Source: the human T2T-CHM13v2.0 reference genome, Homo sapiens
DNA length: 64,000 nucleotides
Direction: 5' to 3' (one strand)
Assembly: GCF_009914755.1 (NCBI RefSeq)
Contig: NC_060948.1
Shown piece after piece: positions 28,443-42,713 of this stretch (the first letter of the stretch is position 1; every line of letters starts with the position of its first letter). The notes under the pieces are model-generated. The model was given only the letters and a program-made list of their open reading frames with translations, searched no databases and was not told the origin of the DNA. A program made the translations under genes and the position numbers.

Positions 28443-31400
28443 GAATTAAATGGACTGGAATGGAATGGACTCGAACAGAGTGGAATGGAAAGTGTTGAGA
28501 TAGAATGGAATGGACTCCTTTGGAATGGTGTAGTATGCAATGCAATCGACTGGCATGGAATAAAAAGGAATGTAATGGAATGGATTGGACTGGAATGCAA
28601 TGGACTCGAATAGATTGCAAACGGAATGCAAAGGAATGGAATGGAATAGTATGGAATGGAATGGAAAGGAATGGAGTGGAATAGACTAGAGTGGAATGCA
28701 ATGGACTGGAAAGCAATGGACTGGAATGGAACTTTCTTGAATGGACTGGAATCAAACGGAATGGAATGCAATGCAATCAAATGGCATGGAATAAAATAGA
28801 ATGAAAGAGAATCAAATGGAATTGAATCGAATGGAATCGAATGGATTGGAAAGGAATAGAATGGAATGGAATGGAATGGACTCAAATGGAATGGACTAGA
28901 ATGGAATTGATTCGAATGGAAGGCAAAGGAATGGAATCTATTGGAATGGACTGTAATGGAATGGAATGGAAGGGATTGGAATGGACTCGAATGGAATGGA
29001 CTGCAATAGAAAGGATTCGAATGGAATGAAAAAGAATTGAATGGAATAGAACAGAATGGAATCAAATCGAATGAAATGGAATGGAATAGAAAGGAATGGA
29101 ATGAAATGGAATGGAAAGGATTCGAATGGAATGTAATCGAATGGAATGGAATCGAACGGAATGGAATAAAATGGAAGAAAACTGGCAAGAAATGGAATCG
29201 AAATGAATGGAGTGTTATGGAACGGACTCAAAAGGAATTGAATGTAATAGAATGGAGTGGAGTGGACTCGAATATAATGGACTGGAATGGAATGAAATCA
29301 CATGGAATGGGAACGAATGGAATGGAATGGAAAGGAATGGAATCGAATGGAAAGGAATCGAATGGAAGGGAATGAAATTGAATCAACAGGAATGGAAGGG
29401 AATAGAATAGACGGTAATGGAATGGACTCGAATAGAATGGACACGAATGCTCAAATTGAATGGACTCGAATGGAATGGAAACGAAAGGAATGTCATCGAA
29501 TGGAATTGAATCGATCGGAATGAAATCGCATAGAATGGAGTGGAATCAAATGGAATTGAATCGAAAGGAAAGGAAGCGAATGGACTGAAATGAAATGGAA
29601 TGGAATTGAATGGAAAGTAATGCAATGGAATAGAATGGAACGAAATTTCACGGAATGGAATCAAACTGAATGGAATCAAATCAATGGAATATAATCAAAT
29701 GGAATGGAAAGGAATTGAATGGAGTAGATTGGATTGGATGGGATTGGAATGAAATGTACTGGAAAGGACTCGAATTTCATGAAACGGCATGGAATGAATT
29801 GGAACGGAATGGACTCGAATGGAATGGAATGTCATGGAATGGCATCAAATGGAATGGCATCAAATGGAATGGAATCGAATGCAATGGAATGCTATGGAAT
29901 GGAATGGAATGCATTGGAATGGAATGTCCTCTAATGGAATGGATTCGAGTGGAATGGAATCGAATATAATGGAGTCGAATGAAATGGAATTGAAAGGAAT
30001 GGGATCGAATAGAATGGAATATACTGGAATGTAATGTAATGAACTCGAATGTAATTGACTGGAATGGAATGTACATGAATGGAATGTAATCGAATGGAAA
30101 GTAATCCAATGGAATAGAATCTAATGCAATAAAATCGACTCAGATAGAGTAGAATGTAATGGAATGGAGTGCAGTGCAATGGAATGGAATGGAATGGAAT
30201 GCAATTGAATGGAATGGAATGGAATGGAATGGAATGGAATGGAATGGAATGGGATGGAATGGTATGGAATGGATAGTAATGGACTGGAGTGAAATGGACT
30301 GGAAAGGAATGGATTCAAATTGAAAGGGCTCGAAAGGAATGGAGTCAAATGGAATGGTCTGGAATGGAATGAACACGAATGTAATGCAATCCAATAGAAT
30401 GGAATCGAATGGCATGGAATATAAAGAAATGGAATCGGAGAGAATGGAAACAAATGGAATGGAATTGAATGGAATGGAATTGAATGGAATGGGAACGAAT
30501 GGAGTGAAATTGTATGCAGTAGAAGGGAATAGAATGGAATGCAAGCGAAAGGAAAGGAATGGATTGGAATGGAATGGAATTCATTGGAATGGAAGGGAAT
30601 GTAGTGTAATGGACAGGCCTGGAATAAAGTGGAATGCTACGGTCTCGAATGGAATAAAAATGTATGGAATGGAATGCAATGAAATGGAATCGAATGTCAT
30701 AGAATGTAATGGAATGCAAAAAAATGGAATCCAAAATCATTGACTGGAAAGGCTGGGTGTCGAAAGGAATTGACTCCAATGGAATGGAATCGAATGGAAT
30801 GGAAGTGAATAGAATCGAACTAAATCGAATGGAATGGAATTGATAGGAACGGAATGGAAAGGAATGCAATGATTTGGCATGGAATGGAATCGAATGGCAT
30901 CGAATGGAATGGAATGGAATGCAATGGAATGGAATGTATTAGAATGTAATGAACTTTAATGGAATGTACTCGAATGGATTCGACTGGAATGGAATGTTCT
31001 GGAAGTGAATGGACTCCAATGGAATGGATTCCAAAGGAATGGAATCGTACGGAATGGAATCTAATGGAATGGAATTAAATGGAAATGAATCAAATTGAAT
31101 AGCACGGAATTGAATTGAATGGAATGGAATGCAATGGAATCTAATGAAACGGAAAGGAAAGGAATGGAATGGAATGGAATGGGCTGGAATGGAAAGGAAT
31201 CGAAACGAATGGAATGGAATCGAACTGAAGAGACTGGAATGGAATGCACTGGAATGGAAGGGAGTGTAACGGAAGGTTCTCGAAAAAAATGGAATCGAAT
31301 GGAATGGAATTGAATGGAACGGAATAGAGTCGAATGGAATTGAATGGAATGGAATGGACTAGAGTGAAATGGAATCGAACCACAAGGAATGGACAGGAAT

Positions 31401-32011
31401 AGAATGGTCTCGAATTGAATGGAATCGTATGGAATGGCATCAAACGGAATGGAATGGACAGCCACGGAATGGAATGCACTCGAATGCAATGGAGTCGAAA
31501 CTAATGGACTGGAATAGAATGGACTCGACTGGTACGGACTCCAATGGAATGGAATCGAATGGAAGGGAATCGAACGGAATGGACTCGAAGGGAAAAGACT
31601 GCAATGGAAAGGTCTCGAATGGAATGGAAATTAATGGAATCGAATGGAATCGAATGAAATGGAGTCAAAAGGAATGGAATCGAATGGCAAGAAATCGAAT
31701 GTAATGGAATCGTAAGGAATTGATGTGAACGGAACGGAATGGAATGGAATCCAAAGGAATGGAATAGAATGGAATGGAATCGAATGGAAAGGACTCGAAT
31801 GGCAATCACTCGAATAGAATGCAATTTAATAAAATAGGATCAAATGTAATGGAATGGAATGGAAAGGAATCGAAACGAAAGGAATGGAGACAGATGGAAT
31901 GGAATGGAACAGAGAGCAATGGTATAGAATGGAATGGAATCATCTGGAATGGAATTGAATGGAATGGAATAATATGAAATGGAATGGAATGGAATGGAAT
32001 GGAATGCCCTT
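28443..32011 (+). repeat. unit 9 (3569 bp), near copy of unit 4
   Basis: Unit 4 markers at an offset of 17800-17805. Confidence 0.95.
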
Positions 32012-35000
32012 GAATTAAATGGACTGGAATGGAATGGACTCGAACAGAGTGGAATGGAAAGTGTTGAGATAGAATGGAATGGACTCCTTTGGAATGGTCT
32101 AGTATGCAATGCAATCGACTGGCAGGGAATCAAAAGGAATGTAATCGAATGGATTGGACTGGAATGCAATGGACTCGAATAGATTGGAAACGGGATGCAA
32201 AGGAATGGAATGGAATAGTATGGAATGGAATGGAAAGGAATGGAGTGGAATAGACTAGAGTGGAATGGAATGGACTGGAAAGCAATGGACTGGAATGGAA
32301 CTTTCTTGAATGGACTGGAATCAAACGGAATGGAATGCAATGCAATCAAATGGCATGGAATAAAATAGAATGAAAGAGAATCAAATGGAATTGAATCGAA
32401 TGGAATCGAATGGATTGGAAAGGAATAGAATGGAATGGAATGGAATGGACTCAAATGGAATGGACTAGAATGGAATGGATTCGAATGGAAGGCAAAGGAA
32501 TGGAATCTATTGGAATGGACTGTAATGGAATGGAATGGAAGGGATTGGAATGGACTCGAATGGAATGGACTGCAATAGAAAGGATTCGAATGGAATGAAA
32601 AAGAATTGAATGGAATAGAACAGAATGGAATCAAATCGAATGAAATGGAATGGAATAGAAAGGAATGGAATGAAATGGAATGGAAAGGATTCGAATGGAA
32701 TGCAATCGAATGGAATGGAATCGAACGGAATGGAATAAAATGGAAGAAAACTGGCAAGAAATGGAATCGAAATGAATGGAGTGTTATGGAACGGACTCAA
32801 AAGGAATTGAATGTAATAGAATGGAGTGGAGTGGACTCGAATATAATGGACTGGAATGGAATGAAATCACATGGAATGGGAACGAATGGAATGGAATGGA
32901 AAGGAATGGAATCGAATGGAAAGGAATCGAATGGAAGGGAATGAAATTGAATCAACAGGAATGGAAGGGAATAGAATAGACGGTAATGGAATGGACTCGA
33001 ATAGAATGGACACGAATGCTCAAATTGAATGGACTCGAATGGAATGGAAACGAAAGGAATGTCATCGAATGGAATTGAATCGATTGCAATGAAATCGCAT
33101 AGAATGGAGTGGAATCAAATGGAATTGAATCGAAAGGAAAGGAAGCGAATGGACTGAAATGAAATGGAATGGAATTGAATGGAAAGTAATGCAATGGAAT
33201 AGAATGGAACGAAATTTCACGGAATGGAATCAAACTGAATGGAATCAAATCAATGGAATCTAATCAAATGGAATGGAAAGGAATTGAATGGAGTAGATTG
33301 GATTGGATGGGATTGGAATGAAATGTACTGGAAAGGACTCGAATTTCATGAAACGGAATGGAATGAATTGGAACGGAATGGACTCGAATGGAATGGAATG
33401 TCATGGAATGGCATCAAATGGAATGGCATCAAATGGAATGGAATCGAATGCAATGGAATGCTATGGAATGGAATGGAATGCATTGGAATGGAATGTCCTC
33501 TAATGGAATGGATTCGAGTGGAATGGAATCGAATATAATGGAGTCGAATGAAATGGAATTGAAAGGAATGGGATCGAATACAATGGAATATACTGGAATG
33601 TAATGTAATGAACTCGAATGTAATTGACTGGAATGGAATGTACATGAATGGAAGGTAATCGAATGGAAAGTAATCCAATGGAATAGAATCTAATGCAATA
33701 AAACCGACTCAGATAGAGTAGAATGTAATGGAATGGAGTGCAGTGCAATGGAATGGAATGGAATTGAATGCAATGGAATGGAATGGAATGGAATGGAATG
33801 GAATGGAATGGAATGGAATGGAATGGAATGGGATGGAATGGTATGGAATGGATAGTAATGGACTGGAGTGAAATGGACTGGAAAGGAATGGACTCAAATT
33901 GAAAGGGCTCGAAAGGAATGGAGTCAAATGGAATGGTCTGGAATGGAATGAACACGAATGTAATGCAATCCAATAGAATGGAATCGAATGGCATGGAATA
34001 TAAAGAAATGGAATCGGAGGGAATGGAAACAAATGGAATGGAATTGAATGGAATGGAATTGAATGGAATGGGAACGAATGGAGTGAAATTGTATGCAGTA
34101 GAAGGGAATAGAATGGAATGCAAGCGAAAGGAAAGGAATGGATTGGAATGGAATGGAATTCATTGGAATGGAAGGGAATGTAGTGTAATGGACAGGCCTG
34201 GAATAAAGTGGAATGCTACGGTCTCGAATGGAATAAAAATGTATGGAATGGAATGCAATGAAATGGAATCGAATGTCATAGAATGTAATGGAATGCAAAA
34301 AAATGGAATCCAAAATCATTGACTGGAAAGGCTGGGTGTCGAAAGGAATTGACTCCAATGGAATGGAATCGAATGGAATGGAAGTGAATAGAATCGAACT
34401 AAATCGAATGGAATGGAATTGATAGGAACGGAATGGAAAGGAATGCAATGATTTGGCATGGAATGGAATCGAATGGCATCGAATGGAATGGAATGGAATG
34501 CAATGGAATGGAATGTATTAGAATGTAATGAACTTTAATGGAATGTACTCGAATGGATTCGACTGGAATGGAATGTTCTGGAAGTGAATGGACTCCAATG
34601 GAATGGATTCAAAAGGAATGGAATCGTACGGAATGGAATCTAATGGAATGGAATTAAATGGAAATGAATCAAATTGAATAGCACGGAATTGAATTGAATG
34701 GAATGGAATGCAATGGAATCTAATGAAACGGAAAGGAAAGGAATGGAATGGAATGGAATGGGCTGGAATGGAAAGGAATCGAAACGAATGGAATGGAATC
34801 GAACTGAAGAGACTGGAATGGAATGCACTGGAATGGAAGGGAGTGTAATGGAAGGTTCTCGAAAAAAATGGAATCGAATGGAATGGAATTGAATGGAACG
34901 GAATAGAGTCGAATGGAATTGAATGGAATGGAATGGACTAGAGTGAAATGGAATCGAACCACAAGGAATGGACAGGAATAGAATGGTCTCGAATTGAATG

Positions 35001-35590
35001 GAATCGTATGGAATGGCATCAAACGGAATGGAATGGACAGCCACGGAATGGAATGCACTCGAATGCAATGGAGTCGAAACTAATGGACTGGAATAGAATG
35101 GACTCGACTGGTACGGACTCCAATGGAATGGAATCGAATGGAAGGGAATCGAACGGAATGGACTCGAAGGGAAAAGACTGCAATGGAAAGGTCTCGAATG
35201 GAATGGAAATTAATGGAATGGAATGGAATCGAATGAAATGGAGTCAAAAGGAATGGAATCGAATGGCAAGAAATCGAATGTAATGGAATCGCAAGGAATT
35301 GATGTGAACGGAACGGAATGGAATGGAATCCAAAGGAATGGAATAGAATGGAATGGAATCGAATGGAAAGGACTCGAATGGAAATCACTCGAATAGAATG
35401 CAATTTAATAAAATAGGATCAAATGTAATGGAATGGAATGGAAAGGAATCGAAACGAAAGGAATGGAGACAGATGGAATGGAATGGAACAGAGAGCAATG
35501 GTATAGAATGGAATGGAATCATCTGGAATGGAATTGAATGGAATGGAATAATATGAAATGGAATGGAATGGAATGGAATGGAATGCCCTT
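32012..35590 (+). repeat. unit 10 (3579 bp), near copy of unit 5
   Basis: Unit 5 markers at an offset of 17805; longest pure GGAAT tract (11 copies, 33775-33829). Confidence 0.95.
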
Positions 35591-38500
35591 GAATTAAATG
35601 GACTGGAATGGAATGGACTCGAACAGAGTGGAATGGAAAGTGTTGAGATAGAATGGAATGGACTCCTTTGGAATGGTGTAGTATGCAATGCAATCGACTG
35701 GCAGGGAATCAAAAGGAATGTAATGGAATGGATTGGAGTGGAATGCAATGGACAGGAATAGATTGGAAACGGAATGCAAAGGAATGGAATGGAATAGTAT
35801 GGAATGGAATGGAAAGGAATGGAGTGGAATAGACTAGAGTGGAATGCAATGGACTGGAAAGCAATGGACTGGAATGGAACTTTCTTGAATGGACTGGAAT
35901 CAAACGGAATGGAATGCAATGCAATCAAATGGCATGGAATAAAATAGAATGAAAGAGAATCAAATGGAATTGAATGGAATGGAATCGAATGGATTGGAAA
36001 GGAATAGAATGGAATGGAATGGAATGGACTCAAATGGAATGGACTAGAATGGAATGGATTCGAATGGAAGGCAAAGGAATGGAATCTATTGGAATGGACT
36101 GTAATGGAATGGAATGGAAGGGATTGGAATGGACTCGAATGGAATGGACTGCAATAGAAAGGATTCGAATGGAATGAAATAGAATTGAATGGAATAGAAC
36201 AGAATGGAATCAAATCGAATGAAATGGAATGGAATAGAAAGGAATGGAATGAAATGGAATGGAAAGGATTCGAATGGAATGCAATCGAATGGAATGGAAT
36301 CGAACGGAATGGAATAAAATGGAAGAAAACTGGCAAGAAATGGAATCGAAATGAATGGAGTGTTATGGAACGGACTCAAAAGGAATTGAATGTAATAGAA
36401 TGGAGTGGAGTGGACTCGAATATAATGGACTGGAATGGAATGAAATCACATGGAATGGGAACGAATGGAATGGAATGGAAAGGAATGGAATCGAATGGAA
36501 AGGAATCGAATGGAAGGGAATGAAATTGAATCAACAGGAATGGAAGGGAATAGAATAGACGGTAATGGAATGGACTCGAATAGAATGGACACGAATGCTC
36601 AAATTGAATGGACTCGAATGGAATGGAAACGAAAGGAATGTCATCGAATGGAATTGAATCGATCGGAATGAAATCGCATAGAATGGAGTGGAATCAAATG
36701 GAATTGAATCGAAAGGAAAGGAAGCGAATGGACTGAAATGAAATGGAATGGAATTGAATGGAAAGTAATGCAATGGAATAGAATGGAACGAAATTTCACG
36801 GAATGGAATCAAACTGAATGGAATCAAATCAATGGAATCTAATCAAATGGAATGGAAAGGAATTGAATGGAGTAGATTGGATTGGATGGGATTGGAATGA
36901 AATGTACTGGAAAGGACTCGAATTTCATGAAACGGAATGGAATGAATTGGAACGGAATGGACTCGAATGGAATGGAATGTCATGGAATGGCATCAAATGG
37001 AATGGCATCAAATGGAATGGAATCGAATGCAATGGAATGCTATGGAATGGAATGGAATGCATTGGAATGGAATGTCCTCTAATGGAATGGATTCGAGTGG
37101 AATGGAATCGAATATAATGGAGTCGAATGAAATGGAATTGAAAGGAATGGGATCGAATACAATGGAATATACTGGAATGTAATGTAATGAACTCGAATGT
37201 AATTGACTGGAATGGAATGTACATGAATGGAAGGTAATCGAATGGAAAGTAATCCAATGGAATAGAATCTAATGCAATAAAACCGACTCAGATAGAGTAG
37301 AATGTAATGGAATGGAGTGCAGTGCAATGGAATGGAATGGAATTGAATGCAATGGAATGGAATGGAATGGAATGGAATGGAATGGAATGGGATGGAGTGG
37401 TATGGAATGGATAGTAATGGACTGGAGTGAAATGGACTGGAAAGGAATGGACTCAAATTGAAAGGGCTCGAAAGGAATGGAGTCAAATGGAATGGTCTGG
37501 AATGGAATGAACACGAATGTAATGCAATCCAATAGAATGGAATCGAATGGCATGGAATATAAAGAAATGGAATCGGAGGGAATGGAAACAAATGGAATGG
37601 AATGGAATGGAATGGAATTGAATGGAATGGGAACGAATGGAGTGAAATTGTATGCAGTAGAAGGGAATAGAATGGAATGCAAGCGAAAGGAAAGGAATGG
37701 ATTGGAATGGAATGGAATTCATTGGAATGGAAGGGAATGTAGTGTAATGGACAGGCCTGGAATAAAGTGGAATGCTACGGTCTCGAATGGAATAAAACTG
37801 TATGGAATGGAATGCAATGAAATGGAATCGAATGTCATAGAATGTAATGGAATGCAACAAAATGGAATCCAAAATCATTGACTGGAAAGGCTGGGTGTCG
37901 AAAGGAATTGACTCCAATGGAATGGAATCGAATGGAATGGAAGTGAATAGAATCGAACTAAATCGAATGGAATGGAATTGATAGGAACGGAATGGAAAGG
38001 AATGCAATGATTTGGCATGGAATGGAATCGAATGGCATCGAATGGAATGGAATGGAATGCAATGGAATGGAATGTATTAGAATGTAATGAACTTTAATGG
38101 AATGTACTCGAATGGATTCGACTGGAATGGAATGTTCTGGAAGTGAATGGACTCCAATGGAATGGATTCCAAAGGAATGGAATCGTACGGAATGGAATGT
38201 AATGGAATGGAATTAAATGGAAATGAATCAAATTGAATAGCACGGAATTGAATTGAATGGAATGGAATGCAATGGAATCTAATGAAACGGAAAGGAAAGG
38301 AATGGAATGGAATGGAATGGGCTGGAATGGAAAGGAATCGAAACGAATGGAATGGAATCGAACTGAAGAGACTGGAATGGAATGCACTGGAATGGAAGGG
38401 AGTGTAATGGAAGGTTCTCGAAAAAAATGGAATCGAATGGAATGGAATTGAATGGAACGGAATAGAGTCGAATGGAATTGAATGGAATGGAATGGACTAG

Positions 38501-39149
38501 AGTGAAATGGAATCGAACCACAAGGAATGGACAGGAATAGAATGGTCTCGAATTGAATGGAATCGTATGGAATGGCATCAAACGGAATAGAATGGACAGC
38601 CACGGAATGGAATGCACTCGAATGCAATGGAGTCGAAACTAATGGACTGGAATAGAATGGACTCGACTGGTACGGACTCCAATGGAATGGAATCGAATGG
38701 AAGGGAATCGAACGGAATGGACTCGAAGGGAAAAGACTGCAATGGAAAGGTCTCGAATGGAATGGAAATTAATGGATTGGAATGGAATCGAATGAAATGG
38801 AGTCAAAAGGAATGGAATCGAATGGCAAGAAATCGAATGTAATGGAATCGCAAGGAATTGATGTGAACGGAACGGAATGGAATGGAATCCAAAGGAATGG
38901 AATAGAATGGAATGGAATCGAATGGAAAGGACTCGAATGGAAATCACTCGAATAGAATGCAATTTAATAAAATAGGATCAAATGTAATGGAATGGAATGG
39001 AAAGGAATCGAAACGAAAGGAATGGAGACAGATGGAATGGAATGGAACAGAGAGCAATGGTATAGAATGGAATGGAATCATCTGGAATGGAATTGAATGG
39101 AATGGAATAATATGAAATGGAATGGAATGGAATGGAATGGAATGCCCTT
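35591..39149 (+). repeat. unit 11 (3559 bp), near copy of unit 6
   Basis: Unit 6 markers GACAGGAATAG and GATGGAGTGGTAT at an offset of 17810. Confidence 0.93.
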
Positions 39150-42100
39150 GAATTAAATGGACTGGACTCGAACAGAGTGGAATGGAAAGTGTTGAGATAG
39201 AATGGAATGGACTCCTTTGGAATGGTGTAGTATGCAATGCAATCGACTGGCATGGAATCAAAAGGAATGTAATGGAATGGATTGGACTGGAATGCAATGG
39301 ACTCGAATAGATTGGAAACGGAATGCAAAGGAATGGAATGGAATAGTATGGAATTTAATGGAAAGGAATGGAGTGGAATAGACTAGAGTGGAATGGAATG
39401 GACTGGAAAGCAATGGACTGGAATGGAACATTCTTGAATGGACTGGAATCAAACGGAATGGAATGCAATGCAATCAAATGGCATGGAATAAAATAGAATG
39501 AAAGAGAATCAAATGGAATTGAATCGAATGGAATCGAATGGATTGGAAAGGAATAGAATGGAATGGAATGGAATTGACTCAAATGGAATGGACTAGAATG
39601 GAATGGATTCGAATGGAAGGCAAAGGAATGGAATCTACTGGAATGGACTGTAATGGAATGGAATGGAAGGGATTGGAATGGATTCGAATGGAATGGACTG
39701 CAATAGAAAGGATTCGAATGGAATGAAATAGAATTGAATGGAATAGAACAGAATGGAATCAAATCGAATGAAATGGAATGGAATAGAAAGGAATGGAATG
39801 AAATGGAATGGAAAGGATTCGAATGGAATGCAATCGAATGGAATGGAATCGAACGGAATGGAATAAAATGGAAGAAAACTGGCAAGAAATGGAATCGAAA
39901 TGAATGGAGTGTTATGGAACGGACTCAAAAGGAATTGAATGTAATAGAATGGAGTGGAGTGGACTCGAATATAATGGACTGGAATGGAATGAAATCACAT
40001 GGAATGGGAACGAATGGAATGGAATGGAAAGGAATGGAATCGAATGGAAAGGAATCGAATGGAAGGGAATGAAATTGAATCAACAGGAATGGAAGGGAAT
40101 AGAATAGACGGTAATGGAATGGACTCGAATAGAATGGACACGAATGCTCAAATTGAATGGACTCGAAAGGAATGGAAACGAAAGGAATGTCATCGAATGG
40201 AATTGAATCGATTGGAATGAAATCGCATAGAATGGAGTGGAATCAAATGGAATTGAATCGAAAGGAAAGGAAGCGAATGGACTGAAATGAAATGGAATGG
40301 AATTGAATGGAAAGTAATGCAATGGAATAGAATGGAACGAAATTTCACGGAATGGAATCAAACTGAATGGAATCAAATCAATGGAATCAAATCAAATGGA
40401 ATGGAAAGGAATTGAATGGAGTAGATTGGATTGGATGGGATTGGAATGAAATGTACTGGAAAGGACTCGAATTTCATGAAACGGAATGGAATGAATTGGA
40501 ACGGAATGGACTCGAATGGAATGGAATGTCATGGAATGGCATCAAATGGAATGGCATCAAATGGAATGGAATCGAATGCAATGGAATGCTATGGAATGGA
40601 ATGGAATGCATTGGAATGGAATGTCCTCTAATGGAATGGATTCGAGTGGAATGGAATCGAATATAATGGAGTCGAATGAAATGGAATTGAAAGGAATGGG
40701 ATCGAATACAATGGAATATACTGGAATGTAATGTAATGAACTCGAATGTAATTGACTGGAATGGAATGTACATGAATGGAATGTAATCGAATGGAAAGTA
40801 ATCCAATGGAATAGAATCTAATGCAATAAAACCGACTCAGATAGAGTAGAATGTAATGGAATGGAGTGCAGTGCAATGGAAGGGAATGGAATTGAATGCA
40901 ATGGAATGGAATGGAATGGAATGGAATGGAATGGAATGGAATGGAATGGAATGGGATGGAATGGTATGGAATGGATAGTAATGGACTGGAGTGAAATGGA
41001 CTGGAAAGGAATGGACTCAAATTGAAAGGGCTCGAAAGGAATGGAGTCAAATGGAATGGTCTGGAATGGAATGAACACGAAAGTAATGCAATCCAATAGA
41101 ATGGAATCGAATGGCATGGAATATAAAGAAATGGAATCGAAGAGAATGGAAACAAATGGAATGGAATTGAATGGAATGGAATTGAATGGAATGGGAACGA
41201 ATGGAGTGAAATTGTATGCAGTAGAAGGGAATAGAATGGAATGCAAGCGAAAGGAAAGGAATGGATTGGAATGGAATGGAATTCATTGGAATGGAAGGGA
41301 ATGTAGTGTAATGGACAGGCCTGGAATAAAGTGGAATGCTACGGTCTCGAATGGAATAAAAATGTATGGAATGGAATGCAATGAAACGGAATCGAATGTC
41401 ATAGAATGTAATGGAATGCAAAAAAATGGAATCCAAAATCATTGACTGGAAAGGCTGGGTGTCGAAAGGAATTGACTCCAATGGAATGGAATCGAATGGA
41501 ATGGAAGTGAATAGAATCGAACTAAATCGAATGGAATGGAATTGATAGGAACGGAATGGAAAGGAATGCAATGATTTGGCATGGAATGGAATCGAATGGC
41601 ATCGAATGGAATGGAATGGAATGCAATGGAATGGAATGTATTAGAATGTAATGAACTTTAATGGAATGTACTCGAATGGATTCGACTGGAATGGAATGTT
41701 CTGGAAGTGAATGGACTCCAATGGAATGGATTCAAAAGGAATGGAATCGTACGGAATGGAATCTAATGGAATGGAATTAAATGGAAATGAATCAAATTGA
41801 ATAGCATGGAATTGAATTGAATGGAATGGAATGCAATGGAATCTAATGAAACGGAAAGGAAAGGAATGGAATGGAATGGAATGGGCTGGAATGGAAAGGA
41901 ATCGAAACGAATGGAATGGAATCGAACTGAAGAGACTGGAATGGAATGCACTGGAATGGAAGGGAGTGTAATGGAAGGTTCTCGAAAGAAATGGAATCGA
42001 ATGGAATGGAATTGAATGGAACGGAATAGAGTCGAATGGAATTGAATGGAATGGAATGGACTAGAGTGAAATGGAATCGAACCACAAGGAATGGACAGGA

Positions 42101-42713
42101 ATAGAATGGTCTCGAATTGAATGGAATCCTATGGAATGGCATCAAACGGAATGGAATGGACAGCCACGGAATGGAATGCACTCGAATGCAATGGAGTCGA
42201 AACTAATGGACTGGAATAGAATGGACTCGACTGGTACGGACTCCAATGGAATGGAATCGAATGGAAGGGAATCGAACGGAATGGACTCGAAGGGAAAAGA
42301 CTGCAATGGAAAGGTCTCGAATGGAATGGAAATTAATGGAATGGAATGGAATCGAATGAAATGGAGTCAAAAGGAATGGAATCGAATGGCAAGAAATCGA
42401 ATGTAATGGAATCGCAAGGAATTGATGTGAACGGAACGGAATGGAATGGAATCCAAAGGAATGGAATAGAATGGAATGGAATCGAATGGAAAGGACTCGA
42501 ATGGAAATCACTCGAATAGAATGCAACTTAATAAAATAGGATCAAATGTAATGGAATGGAATGGAAAGGAATCGAAACGAAAGGAATGGAGACAGATGGA
42601 ATGGAATGGAACAGAGAGCAATGGTATAGAATGGAATGGAATCATCTGGAATGGAATTGAATGGAATGGAATAATATGAAATGGAATGGAATGGAATGGA
42701 ATGGAATGCCCTT
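39150..42713 (+). repeat. unit 12 (3564 bp)
   Basis: Landmark at 39150 and 42714; 5' 10 bp deletion, GAATTTAATG, GAACATTCT and CTACTGG as in unit 7. Confidence 0.95.

Larger units (their letters stand above)
4733..40300 (+). repeat. Higher-order tandem duplication of 5 units (~17.8 kb x 2): ~4.7-22.5 kb and ~22.5-40.3 kb
   Basis: Diagnostic variants recur at offsets of 17795-17810 for unit pairs 2(3')/7(3'), 3/8, 4/9, 5/10, 6/11 and 7(5')/12(5'); the outer ends are approximate. Confidence 0.85.

Noticed and set aside
4733-40300. The 17.8 kb duplication as a pure assembly artefact
   Set aside because: The two copies differ at several SNVs and tract lengths, including private alleles (e.g. 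23423), which argues for real divergence. Read-level confirmation is still needed.
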